Shown here piece by piece: positions 1 through 9,711 of a DNA stretch of 64,000 bases. The stretch spans positions 8,401 to 72,400 of the forward strand of contig CAIJZI010000008.1 of assembly GCA_903825105.1 (NCBI GenBank). Reading direction: 5' to 3'. The notes below the pieces were generated by a model. It searched no databases. It saw only the letters and a program-made list of their open reading frames with translations, and had not been told where the DNA came from. This DNA is from an uncultured bacterium (GTDB lineage: Bacteria > Patescibacteriota > Minisyncoccia > Phycocordibacterales > Phycocordibacteraceae). Both the position numbers and the translations under genes were made by a program. Position 1 is the stretch's first letter. Each line of letters opens with the position of its first letter.

Positions 1-7
1 AACTATT

Positions 8-1984
8 TTGCGCTATAGTCTTATAGTGAAATACCTCGAAGGATTAAATGAAGCACAAAAACAAGCTGTCCTCGCTACCGACGGGCCTGTTTCTGTGCTC
101 GCGGGAGCCGGGAGCGGGAAAACGCGTGTCCTCACGACGCGCATTTATCACCTCATTCGACAAGGGGTACCGGCTGATCATATCTTGGCAGTGACATTCA
201 CCAATAAAGCTGCGCGCGAGATGCGCGGACGGGTGCGAAAGATGCTCGATTTAGGTGCAAGTGACAAGGTCCAAGGTGAAAGGAATTCTCATGACTTACC
301 CCTTACCCCTTACAACTCAAACCTACCTTTCATAGCCACCTTTCACGGCCTCGGCAGAGAATTGCTCGAGAGTTATGGAAGCGCTATAGGCATTTCACGA
401 TTTTTTAGCATTTATGATCGTGCTGATTCAGAAAAAACGGTCGCTGATGCATTAAAAGTTCTCGATGTTTCGTCAAAAGAGTTTTCGCCGAGGGCGATTA
501 TGGGCAGGATTTCGCATGCGAAAGGAGAAGGAGTGATGGTAAGTGAATTTTATGAAAAAAATGCTCACACCAGTTTCGGTAATCGCATAACTGCTGAAGT
601 GTGGCGCTCATATGAGAAAACTCTGAAAGCAGAAAAAGCGCTCGACTTCGATGATTTGATTTCTATACCCGTGCGCCTACTCGAAGAGCATAAGGATATT
701 CGTGAACAAGCACAAAATCGTTGGAAATATATTCATATTGACGAGTATCAGGATACCAACAGGTTGCAGGAGCAGTTGGCAGGAATTTTATCAGAGAAAC
801 ACAAAAATCTTTTTGTGGTAGGAGACGGCGACCAGGCGATTTATGGATGGCGAGGAGCAAAAATGGAAAATATTTTAGATTTTGAAAAAAGATACCCAGA
901 AGCGCAGACGATTATTCTTGAACAGAACTATCGTTCGACCAAGAATCTCGTTGAAGCGGCAAACGGAGTGATAGAAAAAAATAAAAATCGTAAAGAAAAA
1001 TATTCAACGACTGAAAGAGGGGAAGGGGAACCGATTGTGGTGCATCTCGCGATAAATGCTGAAGACGAGGCGCGCTGGATCGCGCTCAAGATACGCGAAT
1101 TGTCACAGCGTGGAGTGCCTTTTGAAAAAGTGGCGATACTTTTCCGTACCAACTTCCAATCGCGCGCACTTGAAGAAGGGCTGCTTCGTGCCGGTGTTCC
1201 GTATAAACTGCTCGGCACACGCTTCTTCGCGCGTAAAGAAATAAAAGATATGCTCGCGTGGATGCGGCTCGCGCTCGAGCCTTCTCGCGAGGTGGATATG
1301 TTGCGCGCGGTGGCGTCACCCGCGCGCGGAATCGGGAAGGTATTGCTCGGTAAAATCGCCGAAGGAGATCGAAGCAAACTCCGTGCGGGCGAATTGGCAA
1401 AGATAGAAGCATTCGAAAAAATCGTAAAAGAACTCTCTCTTGCGACAGAAACGCACGCGCCGTCAGAATTTGTAAAACTTGTTGTAGAAAAAAGTGGTAT
1501 GCGTCGTGCCCTTCTCGACGAGGGAAGTGAAGAAGATCGAGAGCGATTTGAAAATGTCGAAGAGCTTGCTACTGTTGCCGCGCGCTATGACGACACTCCG
1601 GGTAAAGTCGGCATATCAACCTTTCTCGCAGAATCTGCGCTCGCGAGCGATCAGGACGAGCTCGACCAAGGAGAAAAGACGGGGGTGACCTTGATGACTG
1701 TTCATGCGGCAAAAGGGCTCGAATTCAACACTGTTTTTGTGAGCGGAATGGAACAAGGCCTCTTCCCGCACGAAGGATTTGGAGAAAAAAATAGAGACGA
1801 AGAAGAAGAACGGCGGCTCTTTTATGTCGCGATGACGCGCGCAGAAGAGCGCCTTTTCCTCACACTCGCGCGGATTCGTAAGATCTACGGGAGCGATTTT
1901 ATTACCGAGCCGTCGTCATTTCTCGCCGATATCAATTCGGCGGTGATGGTTTATGATGAAACTGATGAATCAATCATCAATTAA
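8..1984 (+). CDS. uvrD: UvrD/PcrA-family ATP-dependent DNA helicase (658 aa)
   Basis: Walker A GAGSGKT, DEYQDTN (motif II), QNYRS and VHAAKGLEF motifs seen in the translation; starts on a TTG at position 8, so the true N-terminus may lie upstream of the window. Confidence 0.85.
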   Translation: MRYSLIVKYLEGLNEAQKQAVLATDGPVSVLAGAGSGKTRVLTTRIYHLIRQGVPADHILAVTFTNKAAREMRGRVRKMLDLGASDKVQGERNSHDLPLTPYNSNLPFIATFHGLGRELLESYGSAIGISRFFSIYDRADSEKTVADALKVLDVSSKEFSPRAIMGRISHAKGEGVMVSEFYEKNAHTSFGNRITAEVWRSYEKTLKAEKALDFDDLISIPVRLLEEHKDIREQAQNRWKYIHIDEYQDTNRLQEQLAGILSEKHKNLFVVGDGDQAIYGWRGAKMENILDFEKRYPEAQTIILEQNYRSTKNLVEAANGVIEKNKNRKEKYSTTERGEGEPIVVHLAINAEDEARWIALKIRELSQRGVPFEKVAILFRTNFQSRALEEGLLRAGVPYKLLGTRFFARKEIKDMLAWMRLALEPSREVDMLRAVASPARGIGKVLLGKIAEGDRSKLRAGELAKIEAFEKIVKELSLATETHAPSEFVKLVVEKSGMRRALLDEGSEEDRERFENVEELATVAARYDDTPGKVGISTFLAESALASDQDELDQGEKTGVTLMTVHAAKGLEFNTVFVSGMEQGLFPHEGFGEKNRDEEEERRLFYVAMTRAEERLFLTLARIRKIYGSDFITEPSSFLADINSAVMVYDETDESIIN

Positions 1985-2813
1985 TACTGGCGCTCGCTCG
2001 CAAACCAAAAAGAGAGCGCTCCGGCCGCTTGACCAATTCAACTCTCTTTTTGGCTTGCAAGCTTCGCGCCCAAAAAAGAGCTTGGGACAAAACTTTTTAA
2101 TGCACGCACGCATCGCGAATAGGATCGCCGGCGCGGCGGAGCTCGCGCCGGAGTCGGTGGTATTTGAAATTGGTCCTGGCACAGGAATGCTCACACACGA
2201 GCTTCTCAAAATGACAGGGAAAGTTATCGCTCTCGAAGCCGATCAAGAACTTTTTGAAAAATTAAAAATTGATTTTGATACTGAAATAAAAGAAGGGAAA
2301 CTCGAATTACTGCACGGCGACATTCGCACTTTTGAAATTTCGTCACTTCCAAAAAATTATAAACTGGTCGCGAATATTCCGTATTATCTGACCGGAGAAA
2401 TTTTTAGAATGTTTCTCGAGTCACAGAATCAACCAATCTCTATGACGCTTCTGGTACAAAAAGAAGTTGCAGAAAGAATCGCACGAAGCAAGAAGGAGTC
2501 CATTTTATCTATTTCAGTAAAAGCATTTGGAACGCCCAAATATGAATTCACCGTCCCGCGTGGCGCTTTCAGACCGGCGCCAAAAGTTGATTCAGCTGTG
2601 CTCACGATTTGTGACATCTCGCGTAAGAATTTTTCTTCAAAAAAAGATGAACAATTATTTTTTGAGCTCGTTCACGCAGGCTTCGCTCACAAAAGAAAAT
2701 TCGTATTAAAGAATTTAGTCGAGGCAGGATTCCAAATAGGGAATACGGGAGAAATAAAAGAAAAAGCTCGAGCTGAAGATCTCCAATTATCAGATTGGCT
2801 CGGGCTAATTTAA
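1953..2813 (+). CDS. rsmA: 16S rRNA (adenine1518/1519-N6)-dimethyltransferase KsgA/RsmA
   Basis: SLGQNFL...EIGPGTGMLT SAM-binding motifs and NIPY motif; N-terminal about 35 aa are atypical and overlap uvrD by 32 nt; an in-frame TTG at 2055 is an alternative start. Confidence 0.8.
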   Translation: MMKLMNQSSINTGARSQTKKRALRPLDQFNSLFGLQASRPKKSLGQNFLMHARIANRIAGAAELAPESVVFEIGPGTGMLTHELLKMTGKVIALEADQELFEKLKIDFDTEIKEGKLELLHGDIRTFEISSLPKNYKLVANIPYYLTGEIFRMFLESQNQPISMTLLVQKEVAERIARSKKESILSISVKAFGTPKYEFTVPRGAFRPAPKVDSAVLTICDISRKNFSSKKDEQLFFELVHAGFAHKRKFVLKNLVEAGFQIGNTGEIKEKARAEDLQLSDWLGLI

Positions 2814-3257
2814 AAAGACGATACGAAAGGCGTCATCAACCCATAAGAAGGTACCGGTGTACAAAAAGGCAACATAAGGCAAACGCCAAACACTGGGATT
2901 ATCCCCGGAATATATTTACCCATTATGTATGTTGCGGTCGGCACATTGTACATAGGGTAAAGTTGAGAATAGGGTCTGTATATTAATAACAAAGGCACGG
3001 ATGGCGGTATTGGCATTATGGTAAGTAACCAAGTCTGGCTACAAGTACAATATGTTGCGTTTGTTCTAATCCCTGAAAAAGGGATTCCTTTATCTAAATT
3101 TACAGCAAATGCTCTCGTGGGGAGTATTAGATTAGAAATTAAAAATATAATTAGTGTAAAAAACAGGAATCGAGTATGCATATTTATATAGTATCACCTG
3201 TTGGTGTAGATAACTGCCTCATTTACACTCATTACTGGTATACTTTATAGCGATACC

Positions 3258-4295
3258 ATGGGAAGAATTATAAAAAATTGGCCCATAACTATTGCAACGC
3301 TATTTTCGCTGTTTTTAATTGTCGGTGCCTTTATTCTCGCGCGCGACGCGATTTCGCCTTCAGTCGTTCAAGCATCGACAGAAACCGCTTTGTTGAAGGC
3401 AATAGCGACAAAAGATTCTACGGGTGACGGCTTGCCAGATTGGGAAAAGTCTTTGTATGGCATTCCGCTTAATGCGACAACTACCGATTATTTTAATCTT
3501 GGGATGACAGACGGCGAAGCTGTCGCGAGAGGGCTTATTGTCCCAAGGGCGATTGCTGATATTAAAGTCGCTGCCTCGCCAACAACCTCGTATGATTTAA
3601 ATGATGATTCTCTGCCACCAGCACCAGCTGATGATACGCTCACAGCCGCATTCGCGAAGAATTTTATGACGCTTTATCTTTCTGCAAAAGAACAGAATGG
3701 TGGAGCAGACCTTTCTGAAAGTGATATAGCCAATCTTTCAAAACAAGTGATGGATTCTCTCACTTCATCTATCTCTGTTGCCCCTGACTTTAAGTCAGCA
3801 AAAGATATAAAAGTTTCAGGGTCTGGTGCGGATGCGCTCAAAGCCTTTGCAGTAAGTGCAGAAGCTGTCTTCGCAGCTAATCAGAGTAGTGCCACGACAA
3901 GCGAATTATTCTATCTACAAAATGTGGTTCAAAATAACGATAATTCAGCCATTCCGTATCTCATTTCTCTCGCGAAATCTTATAGAAATAACGCAGTCGG
4001 GCTCTCGACACTGCTTGTGCCACAAGAGCTAGCTTCTGATGATCTCGCTATTGTGAATGCATTGATGCGAATAAGTGGAATCACGAGCGATTTTGCCCGC
4101 GTGAATGACGATCCTCTCGCGGCGATGCTCGCTCTTAATCAGTATCCAGGCGCAGTGTTAAATCTTAAAAATGCTTTTACAAATATAGGAAATATCTATA
4201 AAACAGCGGGTATTTCTCTTAAGGCGGGCACACCCGGCGCGTCATTTGTAAATGTGATTGGTAAAGTTAATGCAAAGCAGCAAGAAAAGATATGA
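3258..4295 (+). CDS. hypothetical signal-anchored extracytoplasmic protein (345 aa) with DSTGDGLPDWEK thrombospondin-type-3-like Ca-binding motif
   Basis: N-terminal TM helix WPITIATLFSLFLIVGAFILA, then Ala/Ser/Thr-rich extracellular region; first gene of an operon-like run with overlapping stop/start codons. Confidence 0.55.
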   Translation: MGRIIKNWPITIATLFSLFLIVGAFILARDAISPSVVQASTETALLKAIATKDSTGDGLPDWEKSLYGIPLNATTTDYFNLGMTDGEAVARGLIVPRAIADIKVAASPTTSYDLNDDSLPPAPADDTLTAAFAKNFMTLYLSAKEQNGGADLSESDIANLSKQVMDSLTSSISVAPDFKSAKDIKVSGSGADALKAFAVSAEAVFAANQSSATTSELFYLQNVVQNNDNSAIPYLISLAKSYRNNAVGLSTLLVPQELASDDLAIVNALMRISGITSDFARVNDDPLAAMLALNQYPGAVLNLKNAFTNIGNIYKTAGISLKAGTPGASFVNVIGKVNAKQQEKI

Positions 4296-6094
4296 AAAAA
4301 CAACTTAAAAGGGACATTTTGATAGCATCAACAGCGTTCACATTTTTTGTCGCGTCATCAGTATTTTTTATGTACCCACAAAAGGTTAGGGCGGGGGGAA
4401 TCCCTGTTTACGATCCTCTTAATCACATCGTAAATGTCATTACTTCTATCGCTGCGCCAATCACTTCAGCGTCTACACTGTTGTCCCAAATCAACTCCTA
4501 TGTTCTTCAGCCAATCGCGCTTACCTTGTCTGGGAATATATTGAAGTCGATGACGGCGAGCGCGACTTCATTTGTCAACGGGAAGAGTAATGGCACCGGT
4601 ATGCCGCAGTTTGTCACCAGTCTCCAAAACCAGTTACAGAAGACGGGAGATGTGCAGGCGCTTGCCTTCTTTTCGAATCTGAAAAATTCTAATTCACCAT
4701 TCGCGGCCTCAATCACCTCTTCTTTGAAAAATAAGTATCTCGAGAGTACCAGTCTTGCCGGGTTCTTCTCTGCGAATCAGTGCACGCTTTCTAAATCTTC
4801 TAAAAACATAAACTCTTTTCTCGCGGGTAATTGGTCTCAAGGAGGTGTCGGTGCGTGGCTCTCTCTCACGACACAAGATCAAAACAATCCCTACACGCTC
4901 TATGAAAAGGCACAGAACCAGCTCGCTTCTGTGGTAAACGCTGCACAAACAGAGAAGACCACACAGCTTAACTGGGGGCAGGGAATGCTCTCATGGTGTG
5001 GAAATGTATCGAGCTCGAGCTCTGGCTCTACGGGTGGTTCTGTGGATCCAACTTCAAGCACAGTAGACACACAAATAGACATGACTTGTTCTAATAACCA
5101 ACAGTGTCCAGGAGTTCTCGTGTGTATTTCTGGTAAATGTATAGACGATCCATTGACTACAACTTCAAGCACAATAGATACGCAAATAAACAATATAAGT
5201 ACAAAAAATCTAGATTTAAGCAATGTTAAAAACGACATCAATTCTGCTGCCTCCGCAAAATCCTTAAGCGCAGGGGACCCGTGTACCAAGAAAGATGGCT
5301 CCCCGGGCCAAATAAAAACGCCAGGCTCGGTTATTTCAGGCGCTCTTGGCAAAGCGCTCGGCGTCGAGCAGGATAAGCTCGCTCAACTAGGTAGTGCAGG
5401 CACAGAAATAAATAAACTTATGTCGAGTGTCGGGGATGTGCTGAAGTCGATGTCTATAATGACGAGTGTCGTCAACGGAGCTACTGGCGGGCTTCTTGGC
5501 GTTACCAATACCTCTGCTACCGACAGAACCTCTGAATTCTCGCAGTATGATTCAAGTGGATTCTTGGGCGCAACAGCCACCACATCAACAAAAAGTACTG
5601 ATAGCTTCGCTGTCTCTCCTTCTGTAATGACGAGTAACATCGCGCGGTATCAGGCGGCATGGAACACTATCAGCACAGCGGCGAACACTGCATCCACAAC
5701 AGTGGCGAGCCTTTTAAACACTTGTGCATCAAGCGCGAGCGAAGCACAGACCGCGCTCGATACAGAAATCGCTCCCGTTTTGAAACATGCTGCCCAAGCA
5801 ACGGTGAATATTTCACAAGCGAATGACCTACTACAGCAGATCCAAATTGATTTAGAAGACAATTCTTCTGGCACAGCATATACCAGTGATATGGTGACGC
5901 TTCAGACGACACCGCCGACGAGTGCGGATGTTTCGAATGCAGAACAAAATGCTCAAATTACAGAGTTCGCGACAACAGCAGACCCTAATTCGACCAATTC
6001 TCTCACTGTTTCTGGGGCGTCAATCCTCGACCAAATGATTCTTCTCACAACGAATGCCAACGCGCTCAAGGCCTCCTGCGGTTCTGGTATATGA
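4292..6094 (+). CDS. hypothetical secreted protein (600 aa); mature N-terminus GGIPVYDP (TrbJ/VirB5-like), two copies of a Cys-rich C-x6-C-x5-C-x3-C module, S/T-rich
   Basis: N-terminal TM/signal; IPVxD start followed by helical segments; TCSNNQQCPGVLVCISGKC module; start codon overlaps the upstream gene's stop. Confidence 0.6.
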   Translation: MKKQLKRDILIASTAFTFFVASSVFFMYPQKVRAGGIPVYDPLNHIVNVITSIAAPITSASTLLSQINSYVLQPIALTLSGNILKSMTASATSFVNGKSNGTGMPQFVTSLQNQLQKTGDVQALAFFSNLKNSNSPFAASITSSLKNKYLESTSLAGFFSANQCTLSKSSKNINSFLAGNWSQGGVGAWLSLTTQDQNNPYTLYEKAQNQLASVVNAAQTEKTTQLNWGQGMLSWCGNVSSSSSGSTGGSVDPTSSTVDTQIDMTCSNNQQCPGVLVCISGKCIDDPLTTTSSTIDTQINNISTKNLDLSNVKNDINSAASAKSLSAGDPCTKKDGSPGQIKTPGSVISGALGKALGVEQDKLAQLGSAGTEINKLMSSVGDVLKSMSIMTSVVNGATGGLLGVTNTSATDRTSEFSQYDSSGFLGATATTSTKSTDSFAVSPSVMTSNIARYQAAWNTISTAANTASTTVASLLNTCASSASEAQTALDTEIAPVLKHAAQATVNISQANDLLQQIQIDLEDNSSGTAYTSDMVTLQTTPPTSADVSNAEQNAQITEFATTADPNSTNSLTVSGASILDQMILLTTNANALKASCGSGI

Positions 6095-8829
6095 TTATGA
6101 AAAAAATTCTCACGCTTTCATTCTTCGCTCTCGCACTATCTATTTTTGTATTTACATCTGCTGGTCACGCTCCGAGCGTGCATGCGCAAGCTGTTTGCAA
6201 GATAAATGCAGATTGTGCTACAGACTTCGTCTGTGCTTCAGGTACTTGTGTCCCACTATCAACAACTTCATCAATAATAGATACACAAATAGATACAACT
6301 TGTGCGAATGACCAGCAGTGCCCCGCAGGTCTTGTTTGTACCTCAGGTAAATGTGTAGACTCTGGCACTGACTCTGGCACTGCCGCGGCTTCTGCGAAGC
6401 CTGCCAGCGATGCGGGCACGAAGAACCCGACAAGTAATTTGCCACAGCTGCAAGACACCAGCGGAGCTCTCGGCTCGGTGATGAAGTACATAATGACCAT
6501 ATTCGCGTGGCTTCTCGGTATCGCTGCGATCACGCTCGATAATGCGGTCTACTACACCGTCATCACGATGGGGAATTATGTAAGCAATTTAAATGCCATC
6601 GGAGTAACTTGGCGCATACTGCGAGACATTGGCAACATTGCCTTCATCTTTGGATTTTTGATGATCGGTATCAACATCATTTTAGGTACCAACTTATACG
6701 GATGGGGACAAAAATTGATCTCGACGCTTCTTATCTCAGCGATTTGTCTGAACTTCTCGCTCTTCGCGACAGAGGCGATTATCGATGTGGGGAACTTATT
6801 CGCGACACAATTTTATACACAAATAAACGGTGGAGTGCCGGCACAGTCGACAGATCTTTTAAGCGCGAGCAATATTAATAATGAAGTCATTTCGAATAAA
6901 ATATTGTCCCAATTAGGGCTCGCGACTATTTATGGCAGGGCACTCACCAATACTGATGGATTCTTAGCGAATTCCACCGCGACAACGCTTGTCAGCTTTA
7001 TGAGCATTATCTTATTCCTTATCGCGGCGTTCGTGATGTTCTCGCTCGCTTTTATCCTTATCGCGCGGTTCGTTATTCTTATTTTTGTCATTATAGTTTC
7101 TCCTATTGCTGTAGCAGGGTTCGCTATACCTCCACTCGCCAAGCTTAAAGACAGTTGGATGAGTGCTCTCCTTGGGGAGACAATGACTGCGCCAGTACTC
7201 CTATTATTGTTGTATGTCGCTCTGGCTATTATCACGGATGCAAAATTTCTCGCTTTTGGTTCAGACAAGGCGGATTGGCTAGGCTTTGTAGAAAGTAGCG
7301 GTGGGGCAATGAATCTGACCGGCATGGCGGGGCTTATTCTCTCATTTATTGTAGCGATGGGGCTCCTGCTCGCTGTGGTTATGTATTCTAAAAAGCTCGG
7401 CGCCTTCGGCGCGAGCTGGGCATCGAAAACAGCGGGGAAGTTAACCTTCGGCGCGACCGCCTGGGGGATGCGACAAACAGCCGGAAGAGCATCACAACGA
7501 TTGTCGAATTATACTCGTGCGAATTTTGGAGGCAGTGTTCTCGGGAGAATTACTGCTGGTGGTTTCGACAAGGTCGCGGCGGGGAGTTTCGATGTACGCG
7601 GGTCGAATGCGTGGATTTCTGGGACGAAGGCTCTTGGCGGCGTTGAGGCTGGGGAAGCACAGAAGGGTGGCTTTAAAGCAATGCGGGATAATACAGTTAA
7701 GGAACACGAAGCATATCTTAAGACGGTCACTTCAGCGATTGAAGATAAGAATCTTAAAAAGACAACGGCAGCTGCGCAGGCACGAGATGTTGCTGAGGCA
7801 GCAGCAGCAAAAGAATTCAAAGAAGTAGAAGAACCGATAAAAGATATTAATAAAAAGATTACCGCAAACAATGAAGAGATTGGGAAATTAGAGAAAGCAG
7901 AAAAAGGTCTAGCCCCTCTCGTCGAAACGCAAAAGAAGGCAAGTGAAAGTTTCCAAAAAGCTGACGCAAAATTTGTACAAGCAACAGCAGAAAAAGAACA
8001 AAAAGAAAAAGAACAAGCAACGGCGCAAGAACAAAAAGCTGCTATTGAGGCTGAGCAAAATACGGCAGAAACAGAAGTCGAGAAGAAAAAGGCAGAAGTC
8101 GCGAGCTTGTTAGAAGCCAAAGAACGAGAAGAAAAATTCTCTCCAAACGGCAGAATGACCGAAGAAACTGAAAAGAATCTCGCGATTGCCCAGCAGAATC
8201 TCGCGGCTTCTCAAGCAGCTCTCACTGAAGCGGATGGTCGCCTAGAAAAAGCAGCAAAAGAGCTTGATGAAAAGGAAAAGGCTACAACAATAGCGGCTGG
8301 TAATCATAAAACAGCAAGAGAAACCAGAGAATCCGCTGGAGAAAGCCTTCGTGGAGTCACGGAAAAAGTTTCGAAAGAAGAGGAAAAACATAAACTCGGG
8401 ACACTCGACCAAGTTACTGGAAAATTAGCTACTTCTAAGGAAGATCTCGAAGCAAATAAAGGCGAATTACAAAAGAAGTCGAAGACACTCAATGAATTAA
8501 AAGGAAAGCTCAAAGATGCTGTCGACGCAGAAAAGAAACTGAGCGGCGAAATATCGGAAAAGCAAAAAAAGGCACAAGAAGGATATGCCAGCAGTATTTC
8601 TGGAGTCATGGGTCTCGCGTATGGTCCTGGAGGCGGCATTGCTGCTAAGAAGATAATTAAAGGAGCGATTAAAAAAGATAATAGTCTTGATAAGATTAAG
8701 AAGTTATTGGGAGAAAAAAGCGAAGATGATATGCTCGCTGATGCATACAAAGCGCAGTTAAAAAAACAAGTTGAAGAAGAAGCTGAAAAGACAGCAAAAT
8801 CAGCAGAACCGGCCGCACCAACTGCTTAG
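6091..8829 (+). CDS. large polytopic membrane protein (912 aa) with N-terminal Cys-rich module, at least 6 TM helices and a 450-aa KEKE-rich cytoplasmic coiled-coil tail; VirB6/TrbL-like architecture
   Basis: Signal peptide; TCANDQQCPAGLVCTSGKC module homologous to the upstream gene's; hydrophobic block about aa 130-430; long E/K-rich coiled coil. Confidence 0.65.
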   Translation: MIMKKILTLSFFALALSIFVFTSAGHAPSVHAQAVCKINADCATDFVCASGTCVPLSTTSSIIDTQIDTTCANDQQCPAGLVCTSGKCVDSGTDSGTAAASAKPASDAGTKNPTSNLPQLQDTSGALGSVMKYIMTIFAWLLGIAAITLDNAVYYTVITMGNYVSNLNAIGVTWRILRDIGNIAFIFGFLMIGINIILGTNLYGWGQKLISTLLISAICLNFSLFATEAIIDVGNLFATQFYTQINGGVPAQSTDLLSASNINNEVISNKILSQLGLATIYGRALTNTDGFLANSTATTLVSFMSIILFLIAAFVMFSLAFILIARFVILIFVIIVSPIAVAGFAIPPLAKLKDSWMSALLGETMTAPVLLLLLYVALAIITDAKFLAFGSDKADWLGFVESSGGAMNLTGMAGLILSFIVAMGLLLAVVMYSKKLGAFGASWASKTAGKLTFGATAWGMRQTAGRASQRLSNYTRANFGGSVLGRITAGGFDKVAAGSFDVRGSNAWISGTKALGGVEAGEAQKGGFKAMRDNTVKEHEAYLKTVTSAIEDKNLKKTTAAAQARDVAEAAAAKEFKEVEEPIKDINKKITANNEEIGKLEKAEKGLAPLVETQKKASESFQKADAKFVQATAEKEQKEKEQATAQEQKAAIEAEQNTAETEVEKKKAEVASLLEAKEREEKFSPNGRMTEETEKNLAIAQQNLAASQAALTEADGRLEKAAKELDEKEKATTIAAGNHKTARETRESAGESLRGVTEKVSKEEEKHKLGTLDQVTGKLATSKEDLEANKGELQKKSKTLNELKGKLKDAVDAEKKLSGEISEKQKKAQEGYASSISGVMGLAYGPGGGIAAKKIIKGAIKKDNSLDKIKKLLGEKSEDDMLADAYKAQLKKQVEEEAEKTAKSAEPAAPTA

Positions 8830-8862
8830 GCGACGCCGCCAGCACCATAAAATTTAATCACT

Positions 8863-9624
8863 ATGGACACACAAGAACCAACACTCGATGAAAGTATCCA
8901 GCAGGTGATGCAGACCTTGCCGCCCGTGATTCGTGATTATCTTTCAGCAGGGAAGTACACAGAGGTTGCGAAAGGTTTAATCACGAAATATGGGCTCCAT
9001 GTCGATCAGGGAGGCATTCTCGAACGCGAGATAATGTTGCTTTTGATGGGTATCGAGAACCCAACAGAATTTATAAATGCGCTTATTGAAGAGGCGAAGC
9101 TCGATGCGAAGGTTGTAGAGAACATTGTGAAGGATGTGAATGACCAAATCTTCGCTCCACTTAAAGAAGCAGAGATGAAGAGCGACACTACCGAGCCAGA
9201 GCCAAGTCATTTTCATTTAGAAAATAAAATTCCTCATCCAGTTCCTGCGCCAGTGAGAAATGAGATTCACCACCCGCCACTCGGGCCCGCGGCAGCCGTC
9301 ACGGCGCCAGCTCCTGCCATTACTCCTGTTGAAGCGCCCAAACTCTTGGCGGAGGAGAAGCTGCTTGAAGACCATGAAGAGCCGCATCTAGATGTAAGGG
9401 ATAAGGTGCAAGCCCCGACGCAAGAAGTCGTGGCCCCGACCGGGAGCGTCGGGGGTATAAACTTAATACCCTTTCCGCCGAAAAAGATTGTGCCACCACC
9501 CCATCCTTTGCCAGAGGCTACGGAGGGCACAGCAGAAAAACCAATTTCTCCGACTCCACCTAAAGTCCCGCCACCTCCAGTCAAACCGTATTCAGTTGAT
9601 CCTTATCGCGAACCGATCGAATAA
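8863..9624 (+). CDS. hypothetical protein with globular N-domain and proline-rich C-terminal half
   Basis: ORF with in-phase codon usage; PxP-rich low-complexity C-terminus; last gene of the envelope cluster. Confidence 0.5.
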   Translation: MDTQEPTLDESIQQVMQTLPPVIRDYLSAGKYTEVAKGLITKYGLHVDQGGILEREIMLLLMGIENPTEFINALIEEAKLDAKVVENIVKDVNDQIFAPLKEAEMKSDTTEPEPSHFHLENKIPHPVPAPVRNEIHHPPLGPAAAVTAPAPAITPVEAPKLLAEEKLLEDHEEPHLDVRDKVQAPTQEVVAPTGSVGGINLIPFPPKKIVPPPHPLPEATEGTAEKPISPTPPKVPPPPVKPYSVDPYREPIE

Positions 9625-9649
9625 AACATCGCGGTGGCAAGTGCTGGGG

Positions 9650-9678
9650 TTGCATTTTCTCAGCAATTCCATTATATT
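9650..9678 (+). promoter_or_regulatory. sigma70-like promoter TTGCAT-N17-TATATT for the rpsL-rpsG unit
   Basis: Hexamers read directly from the sequence; a leader hairpin GACCCctgaGGGTC plus U-run (9685-9709) lies between the promoter and the rpsL ATG. Confidence 0.5.
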
Positions 9679-9711
9679 GTTCTTGACCCCCTGAGGGTCT
9701 TCTTTTTCTAA

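Noticed and set aside
2810-3181. 123-aa minus-strand ORF
   Set aside because: Low-complexity, Pro/Ile-rich, with no start context. It lies in the likely regulatory gap.
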